Assembly: GCA_964421785.1 (NCBI GenBank)
Contig: CAYQZG010000001.1
Coordinates: forward strand, 73,853 to 137,852
Direction of reading: 5' to 3'
Length of the DNA: 64,000 nucleotides
Source: an uncultured Anaerolineales bacterium
Lineage (GTDB): Bacteria; Chloroflexota; Anaerolineae; B4-G1
The notes beneath the pieces were generated by a model, which was not told where the DNA came from, did no database searches, and saw only the letters and a list, made by a program, of their open reading frames with translations. This document shows, piece by piece, positions 37,192 through 46,651 of the stretch (its first letter is position 1; each line of letters starts with the position of its first letter). Made by a program: the position numbers and the translations under genes.

Positions 37192-39894
37192 ATGAGTCAA
37201 AGAGCCAAGCGTCTTCTTATCGGTACGGTCGTTGGTTTTGCGGCACTTGTCCTTCTGCCGATCCTTTCTGGCAATGCCATCACTTTCTATACTGACTGGC
37301 TCTGGTTCGACAGTGTAGGGCATCTGGATGTGCTAAAGACCCGTATCCTCGCTCGAGTTGCGTTGTGGGCAGCCGGTGCTCTAGTTGTCGTTGGTTTTCT
37401 GGCGGTCAATTGGTTCTTCCTACCAAGGCGATTACTCGGGCGCATCCAGTTGAGGATCCAGGGACAAGGACGCGCATCAATCACCATTGGTGCGCGGCTT
37501 TTGACTGTTCTTCTCGGTGTGGTCGGTGCCCTGGTGGCTCTGACCATGGCGTCGGCAGCTGCTGATAAGTGGATGTCGGCCCTAAGGTTCAGTCATGCCG
37601 CATCGTTTGGGCTTAGCGATCCGATCTTTGGCCTCGATGCTGGTTTCTACGTATTCAAGCTCCCCTTCTATCGTTTCCTCGTCAGTTGGATGATGGGCTT
37701 GGTTGTGGTGACACTGATTGGTAATGCTCTGGTCTACGTTTTCGCCGGGCGCATTCGGGAGGCGGAAGCGACTGGGCATCTATCGGTGCTGGGGGCACTC
37801 TTCCTGGTTGGTCAGGCGGTGAGCTATCAACTGCAGCGATGGGCGCTGCTTGAGTCGTCGACTGGCGTCGTCTATGGTGCAGGTTACACCGACGTGAGGG
37901 CTCGCATGCCGCTCTTTTCTCTATTGGCGGGCGTTGTCGTGATCGGGGCCTTGCTGCTGTTGGTTAACATTCGTATTCGCCGATGGAAGCTACTCGTCTT
38001 TGTGGGGATCGCTTGGTTAGCCTTGAGTCTGATCGGGCAGTTCTATCCGGCAGCGGTGCAGCGATTCACGGTCGAACCCAATGAACTGGCATTGGAACGG
38101 GAGTTTATCGAGAACAACATCCGCTTCACCCGTTTTGCCTACGGAATCGATGAGATTGAGGAGTTTGACTATCAGCTCAATGGAGAGCTGACGCCCCAAG
38201 ATCTGGAGGAAAGCGCCGATACGCTTGATAACGTACGCCTATGGGATTGGAAGCCACTGCGGACGACCTATGAGCAGATTCAGGAGATCCGTACCTACTA
38301 TACGTTCGCTGACGTGGATATTGACCGGTATACACTCGACGGTCGGTTGCGCCAGGTCAATCTGGCCGTGCGCGAGCTGGACATCGAGCAGATGCGCGAG
38401 GATGCGCGAACCTGGATCAATCAGCATCTGATCTATACCCACGGCTACGGCCTTTGCATGAGCCCCGTGGGGGAGGTCAGCGAGGAGGGATTACCGCATC
38501 TCCTGGTTCGTAATATCCCACCCGAGACCGAACATCCGCGACTGGAGATCACACGGCCTGAGATCTACTTCGGCGAGAAGACATCCAACTACGTCGTCAT
38601 CAACGCGACCGAGGATGAGTTTGACTATCCCAGCGGCGATCAGAACGTCTACGCGCGCTATGAAGGAGGCGCTGGCGTGCCGGTGGGAGGCTTGCTGCGC
38701 CGTATCGCCTTCGCTCTGCGTTTCAGGAGCTCACCGATTTTGCTCTCGCGTGCGATCAATTCCGAGAGTCGCATTCTCTTTCACCGGGTCCTTTCCGAGC
38801 GAGTGGGGATGGTGGCTCCTATGCTCTGGTTCGATGCTGATCCTTATCCCGTCATCTTGGACGGGCGTGTCGTGTGGCTCTATGACGCCTACACCTGGAG
38901 TGACCGCTTTCCCTATTCGAGACCGACGCGAGGGCTTAACTACATACGCAATAGCGTCAAGATCGCCATTGATGCCTACACTGGCGAGATGGTTTTCTAT
39001 GTCGTCGATCCCGACGATCCGGTGATTCAGACGTATCGGTCCATCTTCCCGGAGCTGTTTACATCCGTTGAGGAGATGGATTCGGCACTCCGTGAGCATT
39101 GGCGCTACCCGGAACAGCTCTTTCGCATCCAGGCAGATCTCTATGGGGCCTACCACATGCAGGATCCGAGAGTCTTCTACAACCAAGAGGATTTGTGGCA
39201 GACGCCGACAGAGGTGCGGGAGTCCGAAAAGACGGAGATGTCCCCCTACTACGTCACGGTTCGCCTGCCCGACTCCGAGCAAGTCGAGTTCATGATGATC
39301 CGTCCCTATGTGCCGGCCGGCAAGCAGAATATGATTGCCTGGTTGTATGCTGATTCGGATGGCTCCGACTATGGACAGCTTGGTGTCTACAAGTTCTCGA
39401 AGGAAGCGTTGATCTACGGCCCGATGCAGGTGGAATCGCGCATCGACCAGGATCCAACCATCTCTCAGCAACTGACGCTGTGGAATCAGCGTGGTTCCTC
39501 GGTCAATCGTGGGAACCTGATTGTGATTCCGATTGACGGGACGTTGCTCTACATTGAGCCGCTCTACCTGCAGGCCGAGGCCAGCCGACTGCCCGAACTC
39601 AAGCGGGTGGTCGTCTCGTACCAGAATCGCGTGGCGATGGAGGGTACTCTTTCGGAGAGCCTGGCTAGGGTGCTTGGGGCCGCCGCGGCGGAGGGGCCCG
39701 ACCAGGTGCCCGAGACGGAGGAGGGACCGCCCCCACCGCCGTCCGGTGACGTGGTAGAGCTTGCACGCTCGGCGCAATCCCACTATGAGGCGGCCCAGCA
39801 ATGCCTGCAGGAAGGCGACTGGGCCTGCTACGGTGATGAGCTAGAGGCTTTGGAGCAGGACCTGCGGGCGTTGGTCAACGCCACTGAGGAATAG
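37192..39894 (+). CDS. UPF0182 family membrane protein
   Basis: 900 aa; N-terminal TM region with YTDWLWFDSVG motif characteristic of UPF0182, large soluble C-terminal region. Confidence 0.75.
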   Translation: MSQRAKRLLIGTVVGFAALVLLPILSGNAITFYTDWLWFDSVGHLDVLKTRILARVALWAAGALVVVGFLAVNWFFLPRRLLGRIQLRIQGQGRASITIGARLLTVLLGVVGALVALTMASAAADKWMSALRFSHAASFGLSDPIFGLDAGFYVFKLPFYRFLVSWMMGLVVVTLIGNALVYVFAGRIREAEATGHLSVLGALFLVGQAVSYQLQRWALLESSTGVVYGAGYTDVRARMPLFSLLAGVVVIGALLLLVNIRIRRWKLLVFVGIAWLALSLIGQFYPAAVQRFTVEPNELALEREFIENNIRFTRFAYGIDEIEEFDYQLNGELTPQDLEESADTLDNVRLWDWKPLRTTYEQIQEIRTYYTFADVDIDRYTLDGRLRQVNLAVRELDIEQMREDARTWINQHLIYTHGYGLCMSPVGEVSEEGLPHLLVRNIPPETEHPRLEITRPEIYFGEKTSNYVVINATEDEFDYPSGDQNVYARYEGGAGVPVGGLLRRIAFALRFRSSPILLSRAINSESRILFHRVLSERVGMVAPMLWFDADPYPVILDGRVVWLYDAYTWSDRFPYSRPTRGLNYIRNSVKIAIDAYTGEMVFYVVDPDDPVIQTYRSIFPELFTSVEEMDSALREHWRYPEQLFRIQADLYGAYHMQDPRVFYNQEDLWQTPTEVRESEKTEMSPYYVTVRLPDSEQVEFMMIRPYVPAGKQNMIAWLYADSDGSDYGQLGVYKFSKEALIYGPMQVESRIDQDPTISQQLTLWNQRGSSVNRGNLIVIPIDGTLLYIEPLYLQAEASRLPELKRVVVSYQNRVAMEGTLSESLARVLGAAAAEGPDQVPETEEGPPPPPSGDVVELARSAQSHYEAAQQCLQEGDWACYGDELEALEQDLRALVNATEE

Positions 39895-39912
39895 CACGAC
39901 GCGCGGCAGCTG

Positions 39913-40812
39913 ATGGTGCTGCATCAGGAGGCAATGACATTGGAGACTAGACCATTTGGCAGGACCGGAGAATCATTCCCCATCCTGAGCTTCGGAGGTC
40001 AACGGATCGTGGACGACCACGGTTGCACGGAGGAGGAGGCGATCGAGATCGTCAACACCGCCATAGATCGCGGTATCCGCTATTTCGACACTGCCTGGAT
40101 CTACTCTCAAGGGCAGGCAGAAACCCGCCTGGGCAAGGTGGTCAAGCATCGCCGTTCGGAGATGTGGATCGCCACCAAGACGTGGGACACTACCCGCGAT
40201 GGGGCGCTTCGCCAACTGGAGGAGAGCCTGACCCGTCTGCAGACCGATCACGTAGACGAGTGGCGACTGCACAATATCGAGGACTACGCACGGCTCGATG
40301 CGTTCACCGGGAAGGACGGCGCGCTGGAGGCGGCGATCCAGGCCCGCGACGAGGGTGTGGTGAGCTACATCAGCATCAGCGGTCACACTGACCCTCAGAT
40401 CCTCGTTGAGGCCCTCGATCGCTTCCCCTTTGACAGCGCCCTCATCGCTGTCTCGGCGTTGGATCATTTCATCCTCAGCTTTGCCGAGGAGTTTCTGCCG
40501 GTCGCGAATGCGAAAGGCATCGCCACGATAGGGATGAAGGTGCTGGGACTGGGTAGCCTGACCCACGAGGTGGAACGTTCCCTCCGCTACGCCTTTGGGT
40601 TGCCCGTCAGCACGGTGGTCGTGGGCATGGAGACGATGGCCCAGTTGGAGCAGAATCTATCCATCGCCGAGTCCTTTGAGCCTCTGAGCGACGAGGAGCG
40701 TCTTGCTTTCTTCAGGGACATCCTCCCCCTGGTCCGGCCGGAGAAGGTGCCTTGGAAGGCAAGCGACTGGAACGACCCGACCGAATGGGTCTCGCGTGGG
40801 CGAGGTCGGTAG
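39913..40812 (+). CDS. aldo/keto reductase family oxidoreductase
   Basis: AKR signatures (FGRTGE..., IRYFDTAWIYSQGQAETRLGK, ISISGH). Confidence 0.85.
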   Translation: MVLHQEAMTLETRPFGRTGESFPILSFGGQRIVDDHGCTEEEAIEIVNTAIDRGIRYFDTAWIYSQGQAETRLGKVVKHRRSEMWIATKTWDTTRDGALRQLEESLTRLQTDHVDEWRLHNIEDYARLDAFTGKDGALEAAIQARDEGVVSYISISGHTDPQILVEALDRFPFDSALIAVSALDHFILSFAEEFLPVANAKGIATIGMKVLGLGSLTHEVERSLRYAFGLPVSTVVVGMETMAQLEQNLSIAESFEPLSDEERLAFFRDILPLVRPEKVPWKASDWNDPTEWVSRGRGR

Positions 40813-41174
40813 TGCGCACACCGGCCGGCACCGAGTGTCCCTATTATTACGAGGACTTCTACCGTGGTCGCTCCAAGCAGGAGTGCCGGTTGATCAAGCG
40901 CAACCGACAGTCCGAGCCTTGGGAGCCGAAGCTGTGTGCTCGCTGCCCCGTGCCTGATATCCTGCGGGCGAACGCTTGCCCTAACATGGTTTTGGAGGCG
41001 AAGGTGGTGCGGCGCTGGTTTGGACTGGTCCACCGCGTCGAGGTCTATGCCGTCTGCACGGAGTATGAGGTCGAGGTGGATGATCCTTACGTTGGCTGCG
41101 GGCACTGTCATCCCGAGGCAAAGAAGCTTTTCGAGGCGGCGGAGGTGAAAGAGGACGGTCTTCCTTTGGGGTGA
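40812..41174 (+). CDS. small cysteine-rich hypothetical protein (8 Cys; CxxC and CGHCH motifs)
   Basis: GTG start overlapping AKR stop (GTAGTG); Cys spacing suggests zinc ribbon-like metal site; no family recognised. Confidence 0.3.
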   Translation: MRTPAGTECPYYYEDFYRGRSKQECRLIKRNRQSEPWEPKLCARCPVPDILRANACPNMVLEAKVVRRWFGLVHRVEVYAVCTEYEVEVDDPYVGCGHCHPEAKKLFEAAEVKEDGLPLG

Positions 41175-41224
41175 ATTATCGACACTGCTAATGATGAGCC
41201 CAGAGACGGGATGAGGAGATTTCT

Positions 41225-42391
41225 ATGGTATCAATAACCTCAGAGGGCACAACCACGATCGAGCGGTTGCGGCGCAAGCTCTTGTCTGAGATGAAGATTG
41301 AAGAGTATGAGATCGTTCGGCCGCCCAATGCCCTGATTGCCTTTCGGGGTCATGTCTTGGGAGACACAGGATCCGCCTTCAACCGCATTTCGAAAGCGTT
41401 TGAGAGGCAGGGGTACACGGCAATGCTGCGCAATTCGGACGATGGCAGGCACGAGGTCCTGGCGGTTCGAGGCGTTCAAGATGATGAACCCTCTAACCCT
41501 TGGGTCAATGTGGCTCTGTTTCTGGCGACGCTCGGCACGGTGCTCTTCATTGGTGCTGCGAGCGCACTCCAGTACGCGGAGCAGTTCCAGGGTATGGATG
41601 TTTCCTACGATTTGCTGACCATCTTGTCGAATCTGCATCGTGGGATTCCCTTTGCAGCTGCACTGATGGGCATCCTGCTGGCACATGAGTTGAGTCATTA
41701 CTTCGTGGCGCGGCGGTATGGATCTCCGGTCAGCCTGCCGTACTTCATTCCGATGCCTAACTTGCTCGGGACAATGGGTGCTGTGATCACGCAGAAAGCG
41801 CCGATGCGCAATCGGAAAGCCTTGTTCGACATCGGCATCGCGGGTCCATTGGGTGGTTTGTTTCTGGCTGTTCCTCTGTTGATCGTAGGGCTATCGCTTT
41901 CGACAGTGCAGGCGCCTCCTCCTGGCATTGATCAAGCTTATCAGGAGGGCAACTCGCTCCTATACATTGCCGCCAAGTATATAGTGTTCGGTGAGGTGCT
42001 CCCCAGCAACGGTCAGGACGTGTGGGTCCATCCGGTCGCCTTTGCTGCTTGGGCTGGGCTGCTGGTTACGATGATTAACTTGATCCCAGTTGGGCAGCTT
42101 GACGGCGGGCACGTTAGCTACGCCTTGCTGGGGCGCAAAGCCTGGTCCTTGGGCTACGTGCTTATCGCTGCAATGTTCGCATGGGGGGGATTCCTTCTGC
42201 TGAGAGGTAATCAGGCCGGCGGATTCTGGGTCCTTTGGGGCTTCATCAATATGGTGTTGAATCGGAAGCATCCGCCCCCTCTCAATGACGTCACGCCGGT
42301 CGGCCGAGGCCGGGTTGTGGTCGGCGTCCTGATGCTGGTGGTCTTCATCCTCACCTTCATGCCGTCGCCATTGCGCATAATCACCCTATAG
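41225..42391 (+). CDS. site-2 protease family (M50) intramembrane metalloprotease
   Basis: HELSH in TM helix (LLAHELSHYFVARRYG), LDGG motif (GQLDGGHV), multiple TM helices. Confidence 0.8.
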   Translation: MVSITSEGTTTIERLRRKLLSEMKIEEYEIVRPPNALIAFRGHVLGDTGSAFNRISKAFERQGYTAMLRNSDDGRHEVLAVRGVQDDEPSNPWVNVALFLATLGTVLFIGAASALQYAEQFQGMDVSYDLLTILSNLHRGIPFAAALMGILLAHELSHYFVARRYGSPVSLPYFIPMPNLLGTMGAVITQKAPMRNRKALFDIGIAGPLGGLFLAVPLLIVGLSLSTVQAPPPGIDQAYQEGNSLLYIAAKYIVFGEVLPSNGQDVWVHPVAFAAWAGLLVTMINLIPVGQLDGGHVSYALLGRKAWSLGYVLIAAMFAWGGFLLLRGNQAGGFWVLWGFINMVLNRKHPPPLNDVTPVGRGRVVVGVLMLVVFILTFMPSPLRIITL

Positions 42392-42404
42392 CGAGGAGCG
42401 TTCA

Positions 42405-42863
42405 ATGATTCAAGGCGTTGAGACAAAGGATCTCGTGACCCACACGGATGAGCGTGGATTCTTCCGCGAGGTAATTCGGGACAGTGACTCTATCTTCTCC
42501 GAAGGCTTCGGTCAGTGGAGCCATACGATGTCCTATCAGGGTGTCGCCAAGGCGTGGCACGTCCACCAGAAGCAGACCGACTGGTGGTACGTCGCCGTCG
42601 GCACCATCAAGGCGGCCCTGTACGACACGCGGGTCGATTCACCAACCTATGGAGAACTGCAAGAGCTTCTCTTGGGCGAGGGACAGCCGGCCCAGGTGCT
42701 CAAGATCCCACCCGGGGTGGCCCACGGCTATCGAGTTCTGCAAGGTCCGGCCCATGTCTTCTACATCGTCTCTCATGAGTACGACGGGACCGATGAAGGG
42801 CGGATTCGACACGACGATCCGGAGATTGGCTACGATTGGACAGCTGGCCCGGAGATCACCTAG
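42405..42863 (+). CDS. dTDP-4-dehydrorhamnose 3,5-epimerase-like cupin (RmlC family)
   Basis: 152 aa; DERGFF motif, conserved His/Tyr positions (WHVH, AHGYRVL, YIVSHEYD). Confidence 0.65.
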   Translation: MIQGVETKDLVTHTDERGFFREVIRDSDSIFSEGFGQWSHTMSYQGVAKAWHVHQKQTDWWYVAVGTIKAALYDTRVDSPTYGELQELLLGEGQPAQVLKIPPGVAHGYRVLQGPAHVFYIVSHEYDGTDEGRIRHDDPEIGYDWTAGPEIT

Positions 42864-42943
42864 TTGCTTGAGGGGCCTTGAGAGAGGCGGCAGTTTCGTG
42901 CTCCGCCGCCACAATCGCTTCGATCTGTATCGGAGGGACGGCT

Positions 42944-43360
42944 ATGAGTGGAGAACGATCGGTGACGTTCTTGTCACGGGAGCAGGCGCGCGATTTGGTT
43001 GCTCTGGCCGAAATGGCGAGGCAGGATCTGAGTCGGTTTTCGAGGCGAGAGGTTACCTTTGGTGGAGGGGCTGTACAGCTCCTTGATGAGTGGATTGAGG
43101 ATTATCTCGAGACAGTGCCTGACCCGCCAATGAACGTGCGTCTCTTATGGACTAGTTTCTTAGGCGAGGTATTCCGGCGTTTTCACGAGGGCTGGTGGGC
43201 TTTGCGAGATGGTAAGCTCGTCATTGTGTGCCCAACCGACGGGGGGGACAGGCGTGTGGTGGCGGTGCGAGAGCAGATTGACCGTCGTATTGTCTCCGGG
43301 ATGTCTGAATCGCTGACCTATTTCCACAACGTGATGCGTATTGAACTGAAACTAGGATGA
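42944..43360 (+). CDS. hypothetical protein
   Basis: ORF with genome-typical codon bias, no recognisable family; start uncertain (42878 or 42944). Confidence 0.3.
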   Translation: MSGERSVTFLSREQARDLVALAEMARQDLSRFSRREVTFGGGAVQLLDEWIEDYLETVPDPPMNVRLLWTSFLGEVFRRFHEGWWALRDGKLVIVCPTDGGDRRVVAVREQIDRRIVSGMSESLTYFHNVMRIELKLG

Positions 43361-43455
43361 GGCGTCCGTCTTGGCTTAAAGAATAGCCAAGGGCTGGCTC
43401 TCTGATGAGCTGGCCCTTGGCTATTCGGTTCTACCGCCGGTTCTGCTCTATGACA

Positions 43456-44952
43456 TCAATCGTCAAGCTCTGCGTCGGCAGCTGTCTCGCCTTTGACCAT
43501 GAAGTTGCTTATGTCTTTGTGGAACTCAGGGGCGTCGATATGCTTCTGAACCAGCTCGTGGGTGTCGACGGCGTTTAGCTGGTCGAAGAGGAAGGCGAAT
43601 TTCTCCCGCAATGCGTCTCGGATCTCCTGCCGGATCTCTGATGGGATATTCCAGACTTGCTGCTTGAAGGTTCCAAAGGCGCGCTTGCGGTTGTCATAGA
43701 TGAATTGCTCCTCAGTCTGGTCCTCCTTCCAGCGGTGGGCGTGCTCCTCTCTAAGGTGATCGTAGATGTGCTCACGCAGGTCATCTGGGAATGCTGGGTG
43801 TTCGTAGATTATGTTCTGGAAGCCTGTTGCCAGGTGAATCTCGAGGCAGCCCTCTTCGGGAAACTTGTGGAATGCTTCCTCTGGCAGGGTACTGGCGCCG
43901 TGCTGCACTGCGCCGCCCATGCCATACTCGTCCCGGGCGATGTTTGAAAGGCGCCGCATCACGTCGAAATCAATCTTGACCTGGGCCAGGGAGCCGTCAG
44001 GTAACACCACGCCGCCGTGAGACGTGCCGGTCTGGATGCTGATCTTGCTCAGTCCCACCATCCCCTCGGGCAATGTGTCGTTGTACCCGTCCATATATCC
44101 ACGTAGTTCCTCGGGGGTGCTGTTCTTCCCGCCCACCTCGCCGATCTCACCTCCTACCGAGATGGTGATCCCTTCTGGCTCTAACTCGCGGGTCACCTTG
44201 GTGAACCGCGCCGATAGCTCGAAATTCTCTCGCTGCTGCTCGGCAATCGTTGGCGGGGTCAGGTCGACCAGCGTCGAGGTGTCGATGTCGATATTATAGA
44301 AGCCGGCCTGGATACTCTCTTCGATCAGATCTTCCAGCGCGTCAAGTTCGGTGTCGATGCTCTCGGTGTATTTACCCGGGTTAACCTGGAAGTGATCGCC
44401 CTGGAGGAAGATCGGGCCACGGTGGCCCTCGCGGATTGCCGCGGCGAGTATGACGCTGGCGTACTCGGCCGGCGGCTGGCCCGTGTATCCCATCTCCGAG
44501 CGGGCGATTTCGAAGATCATTGCTCCTACACTGCGGGGCAGTGCAGCCTGGAAGACGGCGCGTGCCATATCGTACGCCATGCCGCGGAGATTCATCGCCG
44601 GGACTGTCCACTGCCCCTTGGTCTCACCTCGACCACGTGCACGATAGAGGTCGTTGATGCTCGCCGGCCGGATGCCTAGCGCTTGGCCCATTTCCCAAAT
44701 CAGCCAGCGGGCCGTGGCCTTCACATCATCGTCTGCGAAGACGGCGTTGTGGATCAGTTCGTCGATCGCCAATCCTTGAAGCTTCGTCTCGTCCTTGATG
44801 ACCACGGTTTCATCCTCTACGCGGACGATCTCCTCAATACTGCTCAGCAGTTCTTGCTTGCTTTGGTGAATCGTCACAATTCCCTCCCTGATAACGCAGC
44901 TGCTTCCTGGTGCTATGGCATCATTTGATATGAGAACGTGTGTTCTCGTCAC
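43456..44952 (-). CDS. class II (metal-dependent) fructose/tagatose-bisphosphate aldolase family protein, long form
   Basis: Collinear resemblance to FbaA-type class II aldolases (TVPAMNLRG, PIFLQGDHF, YNIDIDTS, ISVGGEIGEVGG) with N- and C-terminal extensions. Confidence 0.5.
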   Translation of the reverse strand: MTRTHVLISNDAIAPGSSCVIREGIVTIHQSKQELLSSIEEIVRVEDETVVIKDETKLQGLAIDELIHNAVFADDDVKATARWLIWEMGQALGIRPASINDLYRARGRGETKGQWTVPAMNLRGMAYDMARAVFQAALPRSVGAMIFEIARSEMGYTGQPPAEYASVILAAAIREGHRGPIFLQGDHFQVNPGKYTESIDTELDALEDLIEESIQAGFYNIDIDTSTLVDLTPPTIAEQQRENFELSARFTKVTRELEPEGITISVGGEIGEVGGKNSTPEELRGYMDGYNDTLPEGMVGLSKISIQTGTSHGGVVLPDGSLAQVKIDFDVMRRLSNIARDEYGMGGAVQHGASTLPEEAFHKFPEEGCLEIHLATGFQNIIYEHPAFPDDLREHIYDHLREEHAHRWKEDQTEEQFIYDNRKRAFGTFKQQVWNIPSEIRQEIRDALREKFAFLFDQLNAVDTHELVQKHIDAPEFHKDISNFMVKGETAADAELDD

Positions 44953-44991
44953 TACTCTTTCAGGTCTTCAATTACCGACCCGCCGTCTGCG

Positions 44992-45489
44992 TCATGCTGT
45001 GCTTCGTAGACGCCGAACGAGGATCAAGAGGAAGGCCAGGCCTCCTGCGAGCGCGGCTCCCCCTAGGATACCAATGCCTGTATCCGGCATGCCATCCGAG
45101 TTGTTATCCTGGTCCGTCTCTGGTGTCTCTAGGCCGAGGGTGGCCGTGGATTCTGGGGTCTCTGGTTCTGGGGTAGCGGTCGGCGGTGGTGGTGGCGGTG
45201 TTGGGGTATCGGTTGGAATTGGCGTGTCTGTTGGAACAGGAGTGTCGGTCGGTGTTGGCGTGACGGCAGCCGTCTCCGTCGCCGACTGCGCAATTGCCAC
45301 CGCTGTGTTCGTCGCAGAGATAGCCTCATTCTGTGACTCGATATCTGCTCTCATTCTCGGTGCTATGAGGAGTGCCCAGGCTACGAAGGCGCCGATACTC
45401 AGCACGAGCAGTCCCCCCAACACCGCGACGAGGATGACGAAACTTCGGTTGGTCCCTTCTTCCTGGATGACTTCTTCTTGGTTCTCCAT
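44992..45489 (-). CDS. small surface protein: N-terminal TM, PT-rich linker, C-terminal sortase-type sorting signal (MPDTG + hydrophobic + RRLR)
   Basis: 165 aa; TPTPTDTPVPTDTPIPTDTP linker; C-terminal tripartite signal read directly. Confidence 0.4.
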   Translation of the reverse strand: MENQEEVIQEEGTNRSFVILVAVLGGLLVLSIGAFVAWALLIAPRMRADIESQNEAISATNTAVAIAQSATETAAVTPTPTDTPVPTDTPIPTDTPTPPPPPPTATPEPETPESTATLGLETPETDQDNNSDGMPDTGIGILGGAALAGGLAFLLILVRRLRSTA

Positions 45490-45542
45490 GTCTCTCCTCC
45501 AATGATAGACTTCTTCTTGTGACGCAGCGGCTTACTGGATCG

Positions 45543-46604
45543 CTAGCGTAGGATCTCCAAGTTGACCAGTGGGACAAAGACAGGTTCGTCTTGGCCGATA
45601 TTCACCTCCGCGCAGTAGGCTCGGGCGCCTGTCGCTATGCGACGCGCATACCGGGGGATGTCGATGACCGTTCCCACCGAGCCCAGGTACGGGGCGCGGA
45701 CAACTCTTACTCGTGCTCCCTGTGTGAGCTCTCCATGCCTTTCCATCTCATCTGCTGATAGCTTCCTGTTCGGCATAGGTATGATGAGCTCTGGTCGCTT
45801 TGAGCCCCACCGCATCTCGGTCTGACCGCTGACTGATACTTCTCTTTCTTCGTTGTCCTTGAGCAAGTTGAAGATGTCCTTCATCATCGGAAGGTCTCCA
45901 AAGCCATCGGTGACAATGATGGGGAAGGGCAGTCGCTCGGCGGTAGGAATCAGCTCTGGAGAAAGACCGCCAGTCACGATGCCTCGCACCTCGACCTCCT
46001 GTGCTCGCGCGAGGGTTTCCCGATCCAAGATTGTACCAGCGACGAGAACGCTGCCGTGGCAGGATGGGTCAATGGCGCGGGCCTGCAATGACTCGCTAGA
46101 TCGCCTCGTTATGCCTTTCAGCGCGCCGACGCTCTCCTCTCCCGAACCCCAAGCACCTTGGATGAGAGCGCCCGTTGTCTCAATGGAGACGACCTGGTCG
46201 TCTCTGATATTCAATACGGTCCCTGGGATGTGGGCGTGTAGCTCAAAAGGCGTGGGTTGAGCCTCGATAAGCGCTCGTCCTCCCCCTGTGGCGGTCATAA
46301 TGCCATCAATGGGGGACTCGACCGAACGGCCGAGAAGGCCAACTCTTCTGGCAATTATATCTCCCCGATGGACTATGTCTCCCAATTTGACCCTCAGGCA
46401 GTCCTCAGCCTCCGACGCCGAAACATCCAACAGGCGCGCAACAGCCACGATTCGAAAGTCGCTGGGCAAGTTGGTACGGGCCACGACCTGCGTGGATTCG
46501 ACGCGGTCACCGGGGTGGACCAGCACTTCCCCTGGTTTTGGCAGAACCCGTTCGCGATGAATTCTCGTCAGAGATGATACCCTAGTTTCGAAAGCGTAGT
46601 ACAT
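45543..46604 (-). CDS. hypothetical protein with barrel-sandwich/lipoyl-like hybrid motif; last gene of 7-gene operon
   Basis: 353 aa; segment VESTQVVARTNLPSD...KLGDIVHRGDIIARRVG resembles biotinyl/lipoyl-like hybrid domains of HlyD/M23 N-termini; no family assigned. Confidence 0.35.
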   Translation of the reverse strand: MYYAFETRVSSLTRIHRERVLPKPGEVLVHPGDRVESTQVVARTNLPSDFRIVAVARLLDVSASEAEDCLRVKLGDIVHRGDIIARRVGLLGRSVESPIDGIMTATGGGRALIEAQPTPFELHAHIPGTVLNIRDDQVVSIETTGALIQGAWGSGEESVGALKGITRRSSESLQARAIDPSCHGSVLVAGTILDRETLARAQEVEVRGIVTGGLSPELIPTAERLPFPIIVTDGFGDLPMMKDIFNLLKDNEEREVSVSGQTEMRWGSKRPELIIPMPNRKLSADEMERHGELTQGARVRVVRAPYLGSVGTVIDIPRYARRIATGARAYCAEVNIGQDEPVFVPLVNLEILR

Positions 46605-46651
46605 TGTTGCTAAGAACCACCTATTCCATGACGGTGTGCCAATCCATCAGC

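Noticed and set aside
45100-45300. Short tandem nucleotide repeats (GTNTCGGTNGG-like units) that could be mistaken for a repeat array
   Set aside because: They encode the (T/P/D)-rich linker of the 165-aa surface protein in frame; no spacer/repeat regularity of CRISPR type
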